Virus record (IMG/VR): IMGVR_UViG_3300021964_000050
Coordinates: 4,337 to 68,336 of that record
DNA from: a virus
DNA length: 64,000 nt
Strand: one strand, 5' to 3'
This document shows, piece by piece, positions 8,917 through 17,767 of the stretch. The notes below the pieces were generated by a model that worked only from the letters and a program-made list of their open reading frames with translations, was not told the origin of the DNA and did no database searches. Made by a program: the position numbers and the translations under genes. Each line of letters opens with the position of its first letter. Position 1 is the first letter of the stretch.

Positions 8917-10497
8917 TTATTCAAAGAACGGATTTTCGTAAACGCTAACCGTGGGCATAACATCCGCAACGGTAAGAGAGCAAGCAATAGCCAAAGAGTC
9001 GGGATAGTCGTCAAATGCCCCGCGCTCGTCTGGAGCGGCGGCGAGCATGTAAGGACCACGGTTGACTTTTTCAAGTTCGGACATTTGTTGGTTGAACTTT
9101 CGCCAGCGCTTAGTGCGGCGGGCCTTACTATGGCCGGGGACAATCAACTGCTCACGCTGAATCAACTGGGTCAAATGAGTCCAGCGTTCATTCTGTGCTT
9201 TTGCATCTGAGGACACGGCCATAACCTCAATCTGTGGCATAAGAATCTGTAGACGCTCTGCTACGGCACCACCGACACCTTGAGCGTCAACACCAACCCT
9301 GTACACGTCATAGTTCCGTAGGAAGTCGATGATCTCAAAGTACTGCGACTCCCATTCCACATTATTGATTTCATGCCAGTTGAGTACGCGGTGCTCGTAG
9401 AAACCAAAAGGGTCTGGGTGATCCCAGTCAACCCACACCGGTGTAATTACAGTACTGTCGTTTGTACGGGCCACGTCGATACCGACCACGATAGGGGTTT
9501 TCCACCACTCTGATACGAGTGGCATACCGGGGTCATACAGCCGATCCAAGCGCTCTTCAGAAACGAACATTCCTTTTTCAAGCATCCATCGGTTGCAATA
9601 AGACATCTGGAACTCGTCAGAATCCTCACCGATACGTAACTTCTCTTTGGAAATGAAGTCGGAGTAGTTCTTGTTGTACTTAGCGGCTGTTCGCCAGTCG
9701 TACTCATGGTGGTGAATTTTGTGAGTACGGCTGTTGATATCTCGGCGCTTGTTGTACTGAATAGCGTTGTAGAAGTACGACTTGTACCGCTGGGCTGTGC
9801 CACCTAGAACGATGCTACCGTTGTTCCACGCGAGCATCGGCTTGATCGACTTAGCGATCATGGTCTCGTCGGCTTCCTGCGCCTCGTCAATGAAAGCGAA
9901 GTGATACGTCTTTGACTCAATCTTGGCCTTCGGGTTACAGGTCTGCATACGGCATAGGGAGCCAGACTTTTTCAGGGTGATGATCTTACCCTTACCACGG
10001 GTACCGCCAGCAGTGGCCTTGTCGTCAATTTCTGGGTCTAGGAGGAACTCGGTTGCGTGCTCGCTAGTCAACTTAGTTACCACACGACCAAACACGGTTT
10101 CTGCCTGATCTTCGGTGGGGGCGAAGACTCCGACCCAGAAGCCTTTCTCAAACTTCTTCAACCACGTCGGGTAGACATTTGCCAATCTAGGCAAGATCAC
10201 CATCAAACCAGCGATGATGTTAGAAATAACTTCAGACTTACCTGACTGACGAGTGGCAATGAGTGTCTTTTCCTCACCGTCGCCCAAAACGATCGACTCA
10301 ACAATACTGTGAGCAATAGGTATCTGGTAGGGGAATAACTCGGTGTCACAGAATGTCTGAATGAATACGAGCAACTTGTTGACGAGATCATCAACGAACT
10401 CTGCCGTGGTCTCGTCTAGTTCAACGTCAAGTTCTTCAAGAGCATCTGCGTACTCAAGATTGGCTTCTTCGTCTTGCTGCTCAGCAACAGTATCCAT
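8917..10497 (-). CDS. terL: terminase large subunit
   Basis: Walker A RQSGKS, Walker B FIDEAQ, nuclease GIDVAR and DDYPDS. Confidence 0.93.
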   Translation of the reverse strand: MDTVAEQQDEEANLEYADALEELDVELDETTAEFVDDLVNKLLVFIQTFCDTELFPYQIPIAHSIVESIVLGDGEEKTLIATRQSGKSEVISNIIAGLMVILPRLANVYPTWLKKFEKGFWVGVFAPTEDQAETVFGRVVTKLTSEHATEFLLDPEIDDKATAGGTRGKGKIITLKKSGSLCRMQTCNPKAKIESKTYHFAFIDEAQEADETMIAKSIKPMLAWNNGSIVLGGTAQRYKSYFYNAIQYNKRRDINSRTHKIHHHEYDWRTAAKYNKNYSDFISKEKLRIGEDSDEFQMSYCNRWMLEKGMFVSEERLDRLYDPGMPLVSEWWKTPIVVGIDVARTNDSTVITPVWVDWDHPDPFGFYEHRVLNWHEINNVEWESQYFEIIDFLRNYDVYRVGVDAQGVGGAVAERLQILMPQIEVMAVSSDAKAQNERWTHLTQLIQREQLIVPGHSKARRTKRWRKFNQQMSELEKVNRGPYMLAAAPDERGAFDDYPDSLAIACSLTVADVMPTVSVYENPFFE

Positions 10498-10510
10498 CGC
10501 TAAAAGAATA

Positions 10511-10738
10511 TCATACGGATAAGCGCGACTCTATTACAGACCATAGCGCCACTAAAGCATCTACACACAGTGTCACATCTTCGGAGGGACCGTTGTTATG
10601 ACGCCAGTCGTCTAACGCACGGTGAAGAGATATTGCGATGGAGTCCATGTGCTCGCCAACCGCCGCATCGGGAATGGACTCAGCACGCTGCATGTACCTG
10701 ATGTCAATTTTCCGCAGGGCTACGTCGTCCATTACCAA
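10511..10738 (-). CDS. hypothetical protein
   Basis: AGGAG RBS, operon packing. Confidence 0.55.
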   Translation of the reverse strand: MVMDDVALRKIDIRYMQRAESIPDAAVGEHMDSIAISLHRALDDWRHNNGPSEDVTLCVDALVALWSVIESRLSV

Positions 10739-11052
10739 CTCCTGATCTCTTTAGCGTCGGCGTCCAAGTCACGACCACCCACTTGGTCCAGCAGGCTGTC
10801 TGCGCGCCGCAACAAAACACCGACCTGAAAGGTGTACTTAGCGGCCCGGAACTGAATACCCCGTCCTTGCCACCACGGTTCTGCGGTCTGCCGCATGAAG
10901 CCAACAGACACCGCTGGGGTACCGGCAGTGGCGTTGTTGCGAGTGATCCAATACAACCTCAAGAACTGGATGTACTGTATGCGGTTCATTGTGTCACGGA
11001 ACAAGAAATACGCAGCGATTAGGACTGCGCCAAGTACTAGCCATGTAGTCAT
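10732..11052 (-). CDS. hypothetical protein with N-terminal hydrophobic segment
   Basis: operon packing; WLVLGAVLIAAYFLF. Confidence 0.55.
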   Translation of the reverse strand: MTTWLVLGAVLIAAYFLFRDTMNRIQYIQFLRLYWITRNNATAGTPAVSVGFMRQTAEPWWQGRGIQFRAAKYTFQVGVLLRRADSLLDQVGGRDLDADAKEIRSW

Positions 11053-11061
11053 GTGTATACC

Positions 11062-11490
11062 TTACCAGCGTGCTCGTAAACCTGCGGGGTCGGGGCTTCC
11101 ATAACGGTCTCCGTAGAAATACTTCTGCAACTCGTTATCGTCAGCAGGGTGGTAAGAGAATGTGTTGAGAGTTGAGTTGATGTACTGACCCAATGACCCT
11201 GAAGTAATGAACTGCTGGTAAACGGGCGGAGGTACATTCTCGTAGACGTAACACAAACCCAAGTTGCGTCCCAACTTGAAGAACTTGACGGCTAACTTTT
11301 CTTCATCGTAGTCGTACCTTACGTACTGCACACGTGTAGATGACGGGTACTCGGGGTCAGTGACACCTTGAACTCGCCCCGAACTAACAGCACCTACATC
11401 AACTTCTTCAAACTGGCGACTGTAACTCTTGGCAAACTTACCGGTACCTACTTCTCTAAAACGACCTTGTTCGTCCTTATAAACTTCCAC
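11062..11490 (-). CDS. KTSC domain protein
   Basis: SSTRV..V.YD..L.V.F..Y.YENVP..VY..F..S.SLGQYIN KTSC signature. Confidence 0.8.
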   Translation of the reverse strand: MEVYKDEQGRFREVGTGKFAKSYSRQFEEVDVGAVSSGRVQGVTDPEYPSSTRVQYVRYDYDEEKLAVKFFKLGRNLGLCYVYENVPPPVYQQFITSGSLGQYINSTLNTFSYHPADDNELQKYFYGDRYGSPDPAGLRARW

Positions 11491-11697
11491 TTATCTATCC
11501 TTGTCTAGGTGCCACGAGATGTGGTCATCCACCCTTTCGTCAATCTTGTCAATCTTCCCGTCAATCTTTCTTAGCAGTTCGGCATTACTGGCGTGGTCAC
11601 GGTTGTTCTCCCGCCGTGTCCGCTCAATCAATGTGACGATGACTCCACCGGGAGCGAGAATGGCTACAGCGATACCGATCCACAGTTCCACGTTCAT
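11491..11697 (-). CDS. small membrane protein with coiled coil
   Basis: N-terminal TM helix, then KIDGKIDKIDERVDDHISWH. Confidence 0.65.
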   Translation of the reverse strand: MNVELWIGIAVAILAPGGVIVTLIERTRRENNRDHASNAELLRKIDGKIDKIDERVDDHISWHLDKDR

Positions 11698-12086
11698 GCA
11701 CGAGCCACCAGTGCTGTCGTCTGACCATCCGAATCCATGGGGGTCAGATTACCAAATGTCTCTACATTCAGTTTTCCGTAGACAACCAACATCTCCGATA
11801 GCGGCGTAGACGTGAGCAGTGCTGAGCGGCTGACAGTGGCGACCATGTCCCAATCGTACTCTCCAGCAGGCAACCACTCGGTGTTCTCTGCTGACATGGT
11901 GAGAAGTACAGCCCCTTCAGACGTCACCTCGCTGGGCAGCACGTACACAGTGTCGCCAACTTTGACGGATGCGGATACCTCCGTCGGTACTCGGTTACGG
12001 TGGGTGCGGCGGTCTTTGAGAACGACAAGGCGCTCCCAAAGTTCCCCACGATCAACTGTGTAGTCAATCCTAGACTTTCTTGCCAT
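11694..12086 (-). CDS. virion structural-like beta-sandwich protein
   Basis: GEYDWDM..G.L.V pattern similar to 989-1345; AGGAGG RBS. Confidence 0.55.
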   Translation of the reverse strand: MARKSRIDYTVDRGELWERLVVLKDRRTHRNRVPTEVSASVKVGDTVYVLPSEVTSEGAVLLTMSAENTEWLPAGEYDWDMVATVSRSALLTSTPLSEMLVVYGKLNVETFGNLTPMDSDGQTTALVARA

Positions 12087-12127
12087 GACGGCCTCCTACA
12101 AGAACGGGTGACTCTATTATGCCTGAT

Positions 12128-12141
12128 AGAACGCACGTTCG
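12128..12141. promoter_or_regulatory. LexA (SOS) box-like site
   Basis: AGAAC-GCAC-GTTCG versus actinobacterial CGAAC-N4-GTTCG, in a divergent intergenic region. Confidence 0.5.
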
Positions 12142-12327
12142 GGGGCCGATTCCGGTCGTTGAACAATTAGTTCGCAGGGTACTTGACAAGGTTGCTAAAC
12201 TGGAAACTGATAGAAGGGAAGGGGGATGTTTCCCCCACCGCTTACAGACAGCGACGAGCGTAGCGAGTCGCCCCGTAGGGCAGGCTCCCTATGGTCGCCT
12301 GTGACTTCCAGTACAAGGAGTAAATAG

Positions 12328-12660
12328 ATGATTTCTCACGTAAATACCGGCCTCTACATTTTAGGACCGGGGGAAACCGTTCAGGAGGTTTCCAAGAAGG
12401 TCTACAACGATGTCCACAGGTACCAAGCCTTGCTGAAAGCGAATCCTGACTGCCGGTGGGAAGTCGGGGACATCATCAAGGTCAACAACGTAAGAGGTCG
12501 TACCACAGTTGTCCTAGATGGTGAAACCACCGCAGAACTGATATCACGTGTGTACAAGGGTCACATGGTGCACCAGTTCATCGACAAGTACCTACTGTGG
12601 AACGGTGGTAAGTTGGCAGAGGAACTCGTCGGTACCGAAGTTTTTATTCCTGAGCGCTGA
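12328..12660 (+). CDS. tandem LysM-like domain protein
   Basis: two repeats of GET..E.S..VY..Y..L..N..G..I.V/IP; AAGGAG RBS. Confidence 0.6.
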   Translation: MISHVNTGLYILGPGETVQEVSKKVYNDVHRYQALLKANPDCRWEVGDIIKVNNVRGRTTVVLDGETTAELISRVYKGHMVHQFIDKYLLWNGGKLAEELVGTEVFIPER

Positions 12661-12937
12661 AGTCTTCTAAACAGCCGAGCACAGTCACGCTTTGAACCAT
12701 TCCCGTAGGTATATGGAGAATGTGGTCTAGGTAGACGTCGGCAATACTACGCGCCACAGATACGTGCTCAGGCTTAGTATCAGCAGGTAACAGTATGCCC
12801 ACAGATATAACCATGTACGGGTCGGGGTCAATTTGATCTCGCTCCACCCACGATGCTGACCCATCGTCGTGAGCGTCGTACCAGACGACAGCGACAATAG
12901 AGGTCTTAGGCTCTTTTTGCTTCTTCGTCTTACGCAT
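12644..12937 (-). CDS. hypothetical protein
   Basis: V.WYDA..SW..SVG.L..IP.GMV..V pattern common in phages; TAATCT -10 six nt before ATG. Confidence 0.6.
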   Translation of the reverse strand: MRKTKKQKEPKTSIVAVVWYDAHDDGSASWVERDQIDPDPYMVISVGILLPADTKPEHVSVARSIADVYLDHILHIPTGMVQSVTVLGCLEDFSAQE

Positions 12938-12964
12938 GTACGTAGATTAGCCTAGACAACAGAA

Positions 12965-12990
12965 ATGGGAGCGGTAATTACCGCTCCCAT
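12965..12990. terminator. perfect 26-bp palindrome, probable terminator
   Basis: ATGGGAGCGGTAA/TTACCGCTCCCAT downstream of whiB. Confidence 0.6.
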
Positions 12991-13028
12991 CCCTTCTACT
13001 ACCTAGTTTAGTAGCAAATAAACAAATG

Positions 13029-13301
13029 TCAAGTACCTCGCCGTTCTTTTACCCGAGTCCTCACTGATACACCTCCCCAGAAGCCGTGTCGCTCCATCTC
13101 ACCGTACTCGCGGCACTGTTTAGTAACTGGGCATCCATTGCAAATGCTTTTAGCCAGTGTTACAGTACTGGTGTCACCACGTTCGGGAAAGAAGATATTG
13201 GAATCCATCCCCCTACAAGCAGCGTCTTTAATCCATTCACGCTCTCGGTAGTCGGACAAGAATCCCTCAATTGTGAGTAGGTCGTCGTTGTAATCCACCA
13301 C
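13029..13301 (-). CDS. whiB: WhiB family transcription factor
   Basis: AACRG..FFP..CNGCPVTKQC..GFWGG (4 Cys plus G-x-W-G-G). Confidence 0.9.
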   Translation of the reverse strand: MVDYNDDLLTIEGFLSDYREREWIKDAACRGMDSNIFFPERGDTSTVTLAKSICNGCPVTKQCREYGEMERHGFWGGVSVRTRVKERRGT

Positions 13302-13330
13302 TATAGATTAGTGGCTAAAACCCTTAGTTG

Positions 13331-13537
13331 TCAACGACTAACGCGACCAGATAGGTCGTTGAAGTACTCCGACTTACCGGTGTAATCGCCACCATCGTCC
13401 ATGCCGCAACCCATAAGATCGACTCGCAAACCCGTTCCAGTGAAGTTGGGGCGAAGGCCCTTCTTGACGGCAGTGCGGCGTCCGTGCTCGATCTGCTCGT
13501 AGCCCTTATGGGTTGAAATTGGGCGCTTGTCTTGCAT
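13331..13537 (-). CDS. hypothetical protein
   Basis: GGAGG RBS and upstream promoter. Confidence 0.55.
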   Translation of the reverse strand: MQDKRPISTHKGYEQIEHGRRTAVKKGLRPNFTGTGLRVDLMGCGMDDGGDYTGKSEYFNDLSGRVSR

Positions 13538-13572
13538 ACCGGCCTCCGTAAATAGGTGTACAGAGAAACGGT

Positions 13573-13600
13573 ATCATACCCATATCCATAGGTATGTCAA
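13573..13600 (-). promoter_or_regulatory. housekeeping-sigma promoter
   Basis: TTGACA-N16-TATGAT. Confidence 0.55.
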
Positions 13601-13653
13601 TAAACGGCCTTTTTAGACCCTACCTGTGGATAACTCCTGATATGAGGGTGATA

Positions 13654-13872
13654 TCAGGCCGGAGACACTTCTATGGTGTACTCACCGGGCCGTGGAGCAT
13701 GTAGAAACTCCACTTCTACTACGTCTTTGGTGACGGTGTTGCTAAAGATCAGTACGTACTGGTTGTTCTGGTCGTAAGCACCGACCTGTACATCTTCAGT
13801 CCCAAACAGGTGTGCTACTGAGTACTTTGTGCTGATGCCGTTACCGACGACTTGTGTCTTTCTCATAGTCAT
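13654..13872 (-). CDS. small structural-like beta protein
   Basis: GNG..Y.V.H.FGT.DV.V..YD resembles C-terminal domains of phage tail proteins. Confidence 0.5.
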   Translation of the reverse strand: MTMRKTQVVGNGISTKYSVAHLFGTEDVQVGAYDQNNQYVLIFSNTVTKDVVEVEFLHAPRPGEYTIEVSPA

Positions 13873-14007
13873 AACTTACCTCTTCGTAATCCCACTCGTC
13901 AAGGGTGGGGCCTTCTCGTTTACGTGCTGGGATGGTCTGTGCCCGTAGCCGTTGTTCCATGGCGACTCTCGTCTCCTCTTTAGACCAGCGACTACGGACA
14001 CGTCTCA

Positions 14008-15933
14008 TCACTTAACGGGGCAAGCGCCCCCGGCGCACTCACCGAAGTCCACATCCTCAGACACTGAAGTCTGTACCAGCGGAACATCGAAGTCAATTGA
14101 TGAAAGCATCTTGTTGTAAGTCTCCTCGTCACATTCCTCGTACGGAGCGAGCGGGAAGTTGTGGTCGCTGTGCAGGAGGAACGACACCGACTTCAAGCCC
14201 TTGTCGTAGTTTTTGCTCAGCCACTCCTTAATGGAGTCCAACTCATCCATGCGGTAGTAGACGGTGACAGACACGGCGTTGTCGGCCCACTCTGTCTGCA
14301 TCTTCTTGACCCATTCCATCTGCTCTACAGCGGTCATTTCCTTGGCGAGGGTAGAACCCTCAGGGGACTCGCACGGGAACTCAACGACGTAACTGGAACG
14401 GTCTTCACGACCATCAAGGCCACGGTCGAACTGGATCTTGTAGCCACGACGACGACAAGCGTCCACCAACGGGTCAGTTGACCGGAAGCGGACACGACGG
14501 ATGTAGTGACGTGCGTACGCTGGGTGAACACCCGGAGTCACGCCCGGAAGCAGAGCCAACGTCCCCGACGGTTGCACCGTGGTGAGGCGGACACTGACAG
14601 GGAGATCGTTCTCATTGGAGTACTGCTCGTCAAAGTCCCTCAGGTACTCGTAGGTGGGGGAGAGCCATGACAATTGCTCCTCGTTGCACTGAAGGATGCC
14701 TGTCACGCTTTGTCCAAGTCGTGCGTTCTTGTTAACGATCTTCGTCGTCTTTTCGTACGGATACTCAAGACGGGTGATGTTCTTCTGCGTCAGGTACAGC
14801 AACCGGCTGATCTCCATCATCTGCTCCATCGACTCAATGTTCGGGAGGAAGATGGTGGCAAGGTTGCATGACTCCCCGTCGCCAAGAGCAATCTCGGCGC
14901 ATGGGTTGTAGCCCTCAATGCTGTTGTCAGCCTTGCGCTCTCCGAGTCGTCCGTACTGGCGAGCCAACTTGCGGTTCAAGAGACCGTATGGTTCACCAGA
15001 CCCGTCGTAGCCCTTCCAGAGTTCTGGCATGATCTCTTCGTACGAGTCTGCGTAGATACTGTTGTTGGAGTTTGAACGCCATGCGGGGACGTTGCCGCTA
15101 CCCCAGTTCTTAGCACGGAGGAAGAGGACGTCGTCTGGGTCGCCAATAGCGATCTGTGCAGAGCGTCGGCTAGATCCTGACACGACTACGCGCCCGATGA
15201 TGTTGCAGATGTCCAACACGTCGATGGAGCGCAACTTCTTACCAACACGACCATCCATCACCTTGCAGATGTCTTCGACACCGTCGATGAGAGCCTGCGG
15301 TCCAGATGCAGTACCACCGAAGGTCTTGAGTGGTGCGCCGAACTCACGGATGAGAGCAGTGCTGTAAGTGAACGGCTTGCCGGTATCGAAGTACGACTTC
15401 AACACTGAGTGAAGCAAGCGGCTCCAACCCTTGCGGCTGTCGGGGACGATGATGTCAGCATCGTGAGTCTTTTCGTGTGTGATGCTGACTCCAGACTTGA
15501 TCTTCGGAAGGTCGTGGATCTTGGAGCGTTCAACAGAGAAGCCAACGCCCCCACCAAGCATGAGCATGTCGAAGAGGAACTCAAAGTCTTCGATCTTCTC
15601 AATATTGACGAAGTAACAGTTGTTCAACGATGCACCGTTCAACTGTTGGACCAGAGGAGTACCCAACTGCCAGAGCGCACGACCGCTCATAGAGCAACGC
15701 AGGTTAAACATGTGGTCGAACAACTTCTCTGCCTCTTCCTGCGTGTACGGGGCACCGATTTCAATGGCACCATTGATTACCCGCTGGATGGTCTCAGGCC
15801 ACGTCTCGTTCTCGCCGTTGTCCTTCTTACGACTGTAAGTGCGGAGAAACACGACTTCGCCCATTCCACCAAAACCCCATGGTGGTGTAAGACCGTTGTA
15901 CAGGGACACGTAATCATCATCAATATAGGCCAT
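14008..15933 (-). CDS. nrdJ: class II (adenosylcobalamin-dependent) ribonucleotide reductase
   Basis: RTYSR, LNNC, GGGVG, RRSA, NPCAEI thiyl motif, TTVQPSGT, C-terminal CAGGACP; no nrdB nearby. Confidence 0.92.
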   Translation of the reverse strand: MAYIDDDYVSLYNGLTPPWGFGGMGEVVFLRTYSRKKDNGENETWPETIQRVINGAIEIGAPYTQEEAEKLFDHMFNLRCSMSGRALWQLGTPLVQQLNGASLNNCYFVNIEKIEDFEFLFDMLMLGGGVGFSVERSKIHDLPKIKSGVSITHEKTHDADIIVPDSRKGWSRLLHSVLKSYFDTGKPFTYSTALIREFGAPLKTFGGTASGPQALIDGVEDICKVMDGRVGKKLRSIDVLDICNIIGRVVVSGSSRRSAQIAIGDPDDVLFLRAKNWGSGNVPAWRSNSNNSIYADSYEEIMPELWKGYDGSGEPYGLLNRKLARQYGRLGERKADNSIEGYNPCAEIALGDGESCNLATIFLPNIESMEQMMEISRLLYLTQKNITRLEYPYEKTTKIVNKNARLGQSVTGILQCNEEQLSWLSPTYEYLRDFDEQYSNENDLPVSVRLTTVQPSGTLALLPGVTPGVHPAYARHYIRRVRFRSTDPLVDACRRRGYKIQFDRGLDGREDRSSYVVEFPCESPEGSTLAKEMTAVEQMEWVKKMQTEWADNAVSVTVYYRMDELDSIKEWLSKNYDKGLKSVSFLLHSDHNFPLAPYEECDEETYNKMLSSIDFDVPLVQTSVSEDVDFGECAGGACPVK

Positions 15934-16035
15934 CGGCACTCCTTAGATACAGAAACCCCCTCCGAGTGAGGGGGGATTTGACCATCCTAGCGCAACGTGT
16001 CAAGGAGGTGTCTTACTACCGCTTGTGCTTTTCAG

Positions 16036-16569
16036 TCACAATTTGATGCCGACGACACAACATTGTGTGTCAACGTACGAAGTGACCGGCCATGCTCCTA
16101 GTTTGGACCTGTTGACTGGTACTGCTTCGATAGCACCTATGCCTGCGTGTACTGCTACGTCGAATACCCGTTGTTCATAACAGTTCCACTGATGACGCGC
16201 ACCGTCCCACTCACCAGCGGGTTGGAATGAGGTGTGGTTTTCTAACGCCCCCATTACGTCGTCCCAACTAAGTTGGTCATGCTTCCACTTGGCTACGGAC
16301 TTTCTTATGTCAGGGCCGACGATGGCTATCTCTGCTCCCACCTCGCAGATGTCTAGAACCTGCTGTAGGAAGTCAGGCACGAGTTCCCACTGGATGTGCT
16401 CAAGCACGTGCCCCATGTAAACCTTTGTGGCACCGGTCAGGCCCCAAGTCTCCGGCCAGATACTCGGCACAACTACATCAGGCTCAATATGGCCTTCGAT
16501 ACGAACAACATCAAGGTTGACCCACGGACTAGGTGCTCGGAATGGTCCGCAACCAATGTTGATCTGCAT
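16036..16569 (-). CDS. class I SAM-dependent methyltransferase
   Basis: INIGCG, WVNLD, HVLEH motifs. Confidence 0.75.
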   Translation of the reverse strand: MQINIGCGPFRAPSPWVNLDVVRIEGHIEPDVVVPSIWPETWGLTGATKVYMGHVLEHIQWELVPDFLQQVLDICEVGAEIAIVGPDIRKSVAKWKHDQLSWDDVMGALENHTSFQPAGEWDGARHQWNCYEQRVFDVAVHAGIGAIEAVPVNRSKLGAWPVTSYVDTQCCVVGIKL

Positions 16570-16626
16570 AGGAGTATCTTACTCTTCCTTAGGAAGCACG
16601 ACGACTACCCATGCCAGTTGGGTCAG

Positions 16627-16803
16627 TTATGAGCACACTTTCATTTTTCCCGTGGTTGCCCGTCATGAGAGGCAAGGAGGCAATAGAGACACTTTCATTT
16701 CGTGAGTGGTGCCCGTCAGGGTAAGTATGAGCGACTTTCATGGAGACGTTTTCTGCACCATTCATCCATACAGGGCTTTCATTCCGGTACCCGATGCCCG
16801 TCA
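16627..16803. repeat. four bipartite direct repeats CTTTCAT-N11/12-TGCCCGTCA
   Basis: CTTTCAT at 16638, 16692, 16735, 16776; TGCCCGTCA at 16657, 16710, 16795 (degenerate at 16754). Confidence 0.75.
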
Positions 16804-16912
16804 GCATCCTTATAAGGACAAGTTATTTACAGATCTTCATTGGGAGGGCTAACCCCAATGATGTAACAGTAGGCCAGCACAAGGTTGGCCTCTTATCAGA
16901 CAGGATAAACCT

Positions 16913-17332
16913 ATGTCAAACACAGAATACAACCAGACCATTGCCGAGATCTTCGAGGACTTGGAGATGTACATCACAACCGCCAAGAACTACCTCAAGG
17001 TGTCTCTTGGCCATGAGTTCAACACCGGCGCAGTAGATGGGTACACCAGTGCCGTCAGTGCCCTGAAGTCCTTAGAAGAACTGAAGGACCGGTGTACTGA
17101 AGTCATAACCGTGTCCAAGGAAAACGCCGGGGCGGAGCGGCTGCTGCGTATCATCACAGAGGAAAGCGTGAAAGAAGACATCAAGAAGTACAAGCGGCTG
17201 GTTGAACAGTACCGTAAGGGTGTTCCTTACCACGTTGCCATCAACTCACTTCTTGATGGCGAAGTTGATCCTGAATACGATCACGACGCCATTCTCCGCA
17301 GCATCGAACGTGAAGAGGCAGGCGTAGAGTAA
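16913..17332 (+). CDS. helical hypothetical protein
   Basis: 139 aa, against local strand, AGGA RBS, followed by terminator. Confidence 0.7.
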   Translation: MSNTEYNQTIAEIFEDLEMYITTAKNYLKVSLGHEFNTGAVDGYTSAVSALKSLEELKDRCTEVITVSKENAGAERLLRIITEESVKEDIKKYKRLVEQYRKGVPYHVAINSLLDGEVDPEYDHDAILRSIEREEAGVE

Positions 17333-17340
17333 CAACCTAA

Positions 17341-17371
17341 AAGGGGGGACCCTATTCTTGGGGTCCCCCTT
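17341..17371. terminator. terminator between convergent genes
   Basis: AAGGGGGGACCC/GGGTCCCCCTT hairpin. Confidence 0.7.
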
Positions 17372-17439
17372 CTTTAGGAAGCACGACAACAACCCACGAG
17401 CGGGTTCCGTCTGGATTCTCTCGCCAGTATCCTCGTGTC

Positions 17440-17763
17440 TTAGCCATTTGGACTCCAGTTCTTGAAGTTAGAGGGCACATCGTCTAGCGCTTCAGTAACC
17501 CGGAAACCGCTAGATGATGTACGTTGGGTTGTGTGGATGTCTGGGGTCTCGGTCTCCCCGATGGGTTCAACCTTGTACACCTTCCCAAACAGTCGCCCCT
17601 GATCGGCCTTCTTGTACCCAATAGCAGCCTGCTTCTCTGCTACTGAGCGGTCGGTTGTAGCGTAAGCCACACCACCACCACCACGGGGTTCTATAACGTC
17701 CCCGACTTTGAGGTCGATAGCACCACTACCGTGATACAGGGAAAACTGTGGTCCTAAAGTCAT
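17440..17763 (-). CDS. Arr-like ADP-ribosyltransferase
   Basis: LYHGS..L.VGD.I.P, AYATT, G.VY.VEP.G as in rifampin ADP-ribosyltransferase Arr. Confidence 0.65.
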   Translation of the reverse strand: MTLGPQFSLYHGSGAIDLKVGDVIEPRGGGGVAYATTDRSVAEKQAAIGYKKADQGRLFGKVYKVEPIGETETPDIHTTQRTSSSGFRVTEALDDVPSNFKNWSPNG

Positions 17764-17767
17764 GGCG

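Noticed and set aside
13625-13633. Lone DnaA box TGTGGATAA
   Set aside because: A single copy could be chance
15934-16035. Cobalamin riboswitch upstream of nrdJ
   Set aside because: Leader is short with one hairpin and no B12 box
16627-16803. CRISPR array or tandem hammerheads (CUGACGG..GAAA on minus strand)
   Set aside because: Units are bipartite with 11-12 nt inserts and uneven period; hammerhead A9 and stem II are missing
16589-16807. 72-aa ORF with repeated (R/K)NES as a RiPP precursor for the nearby ATP-grasp and methyltransferase
   Set aside because: One repeat unit is in another frame, so the repeat is better explained at nucleic-acid level; not fully excluded
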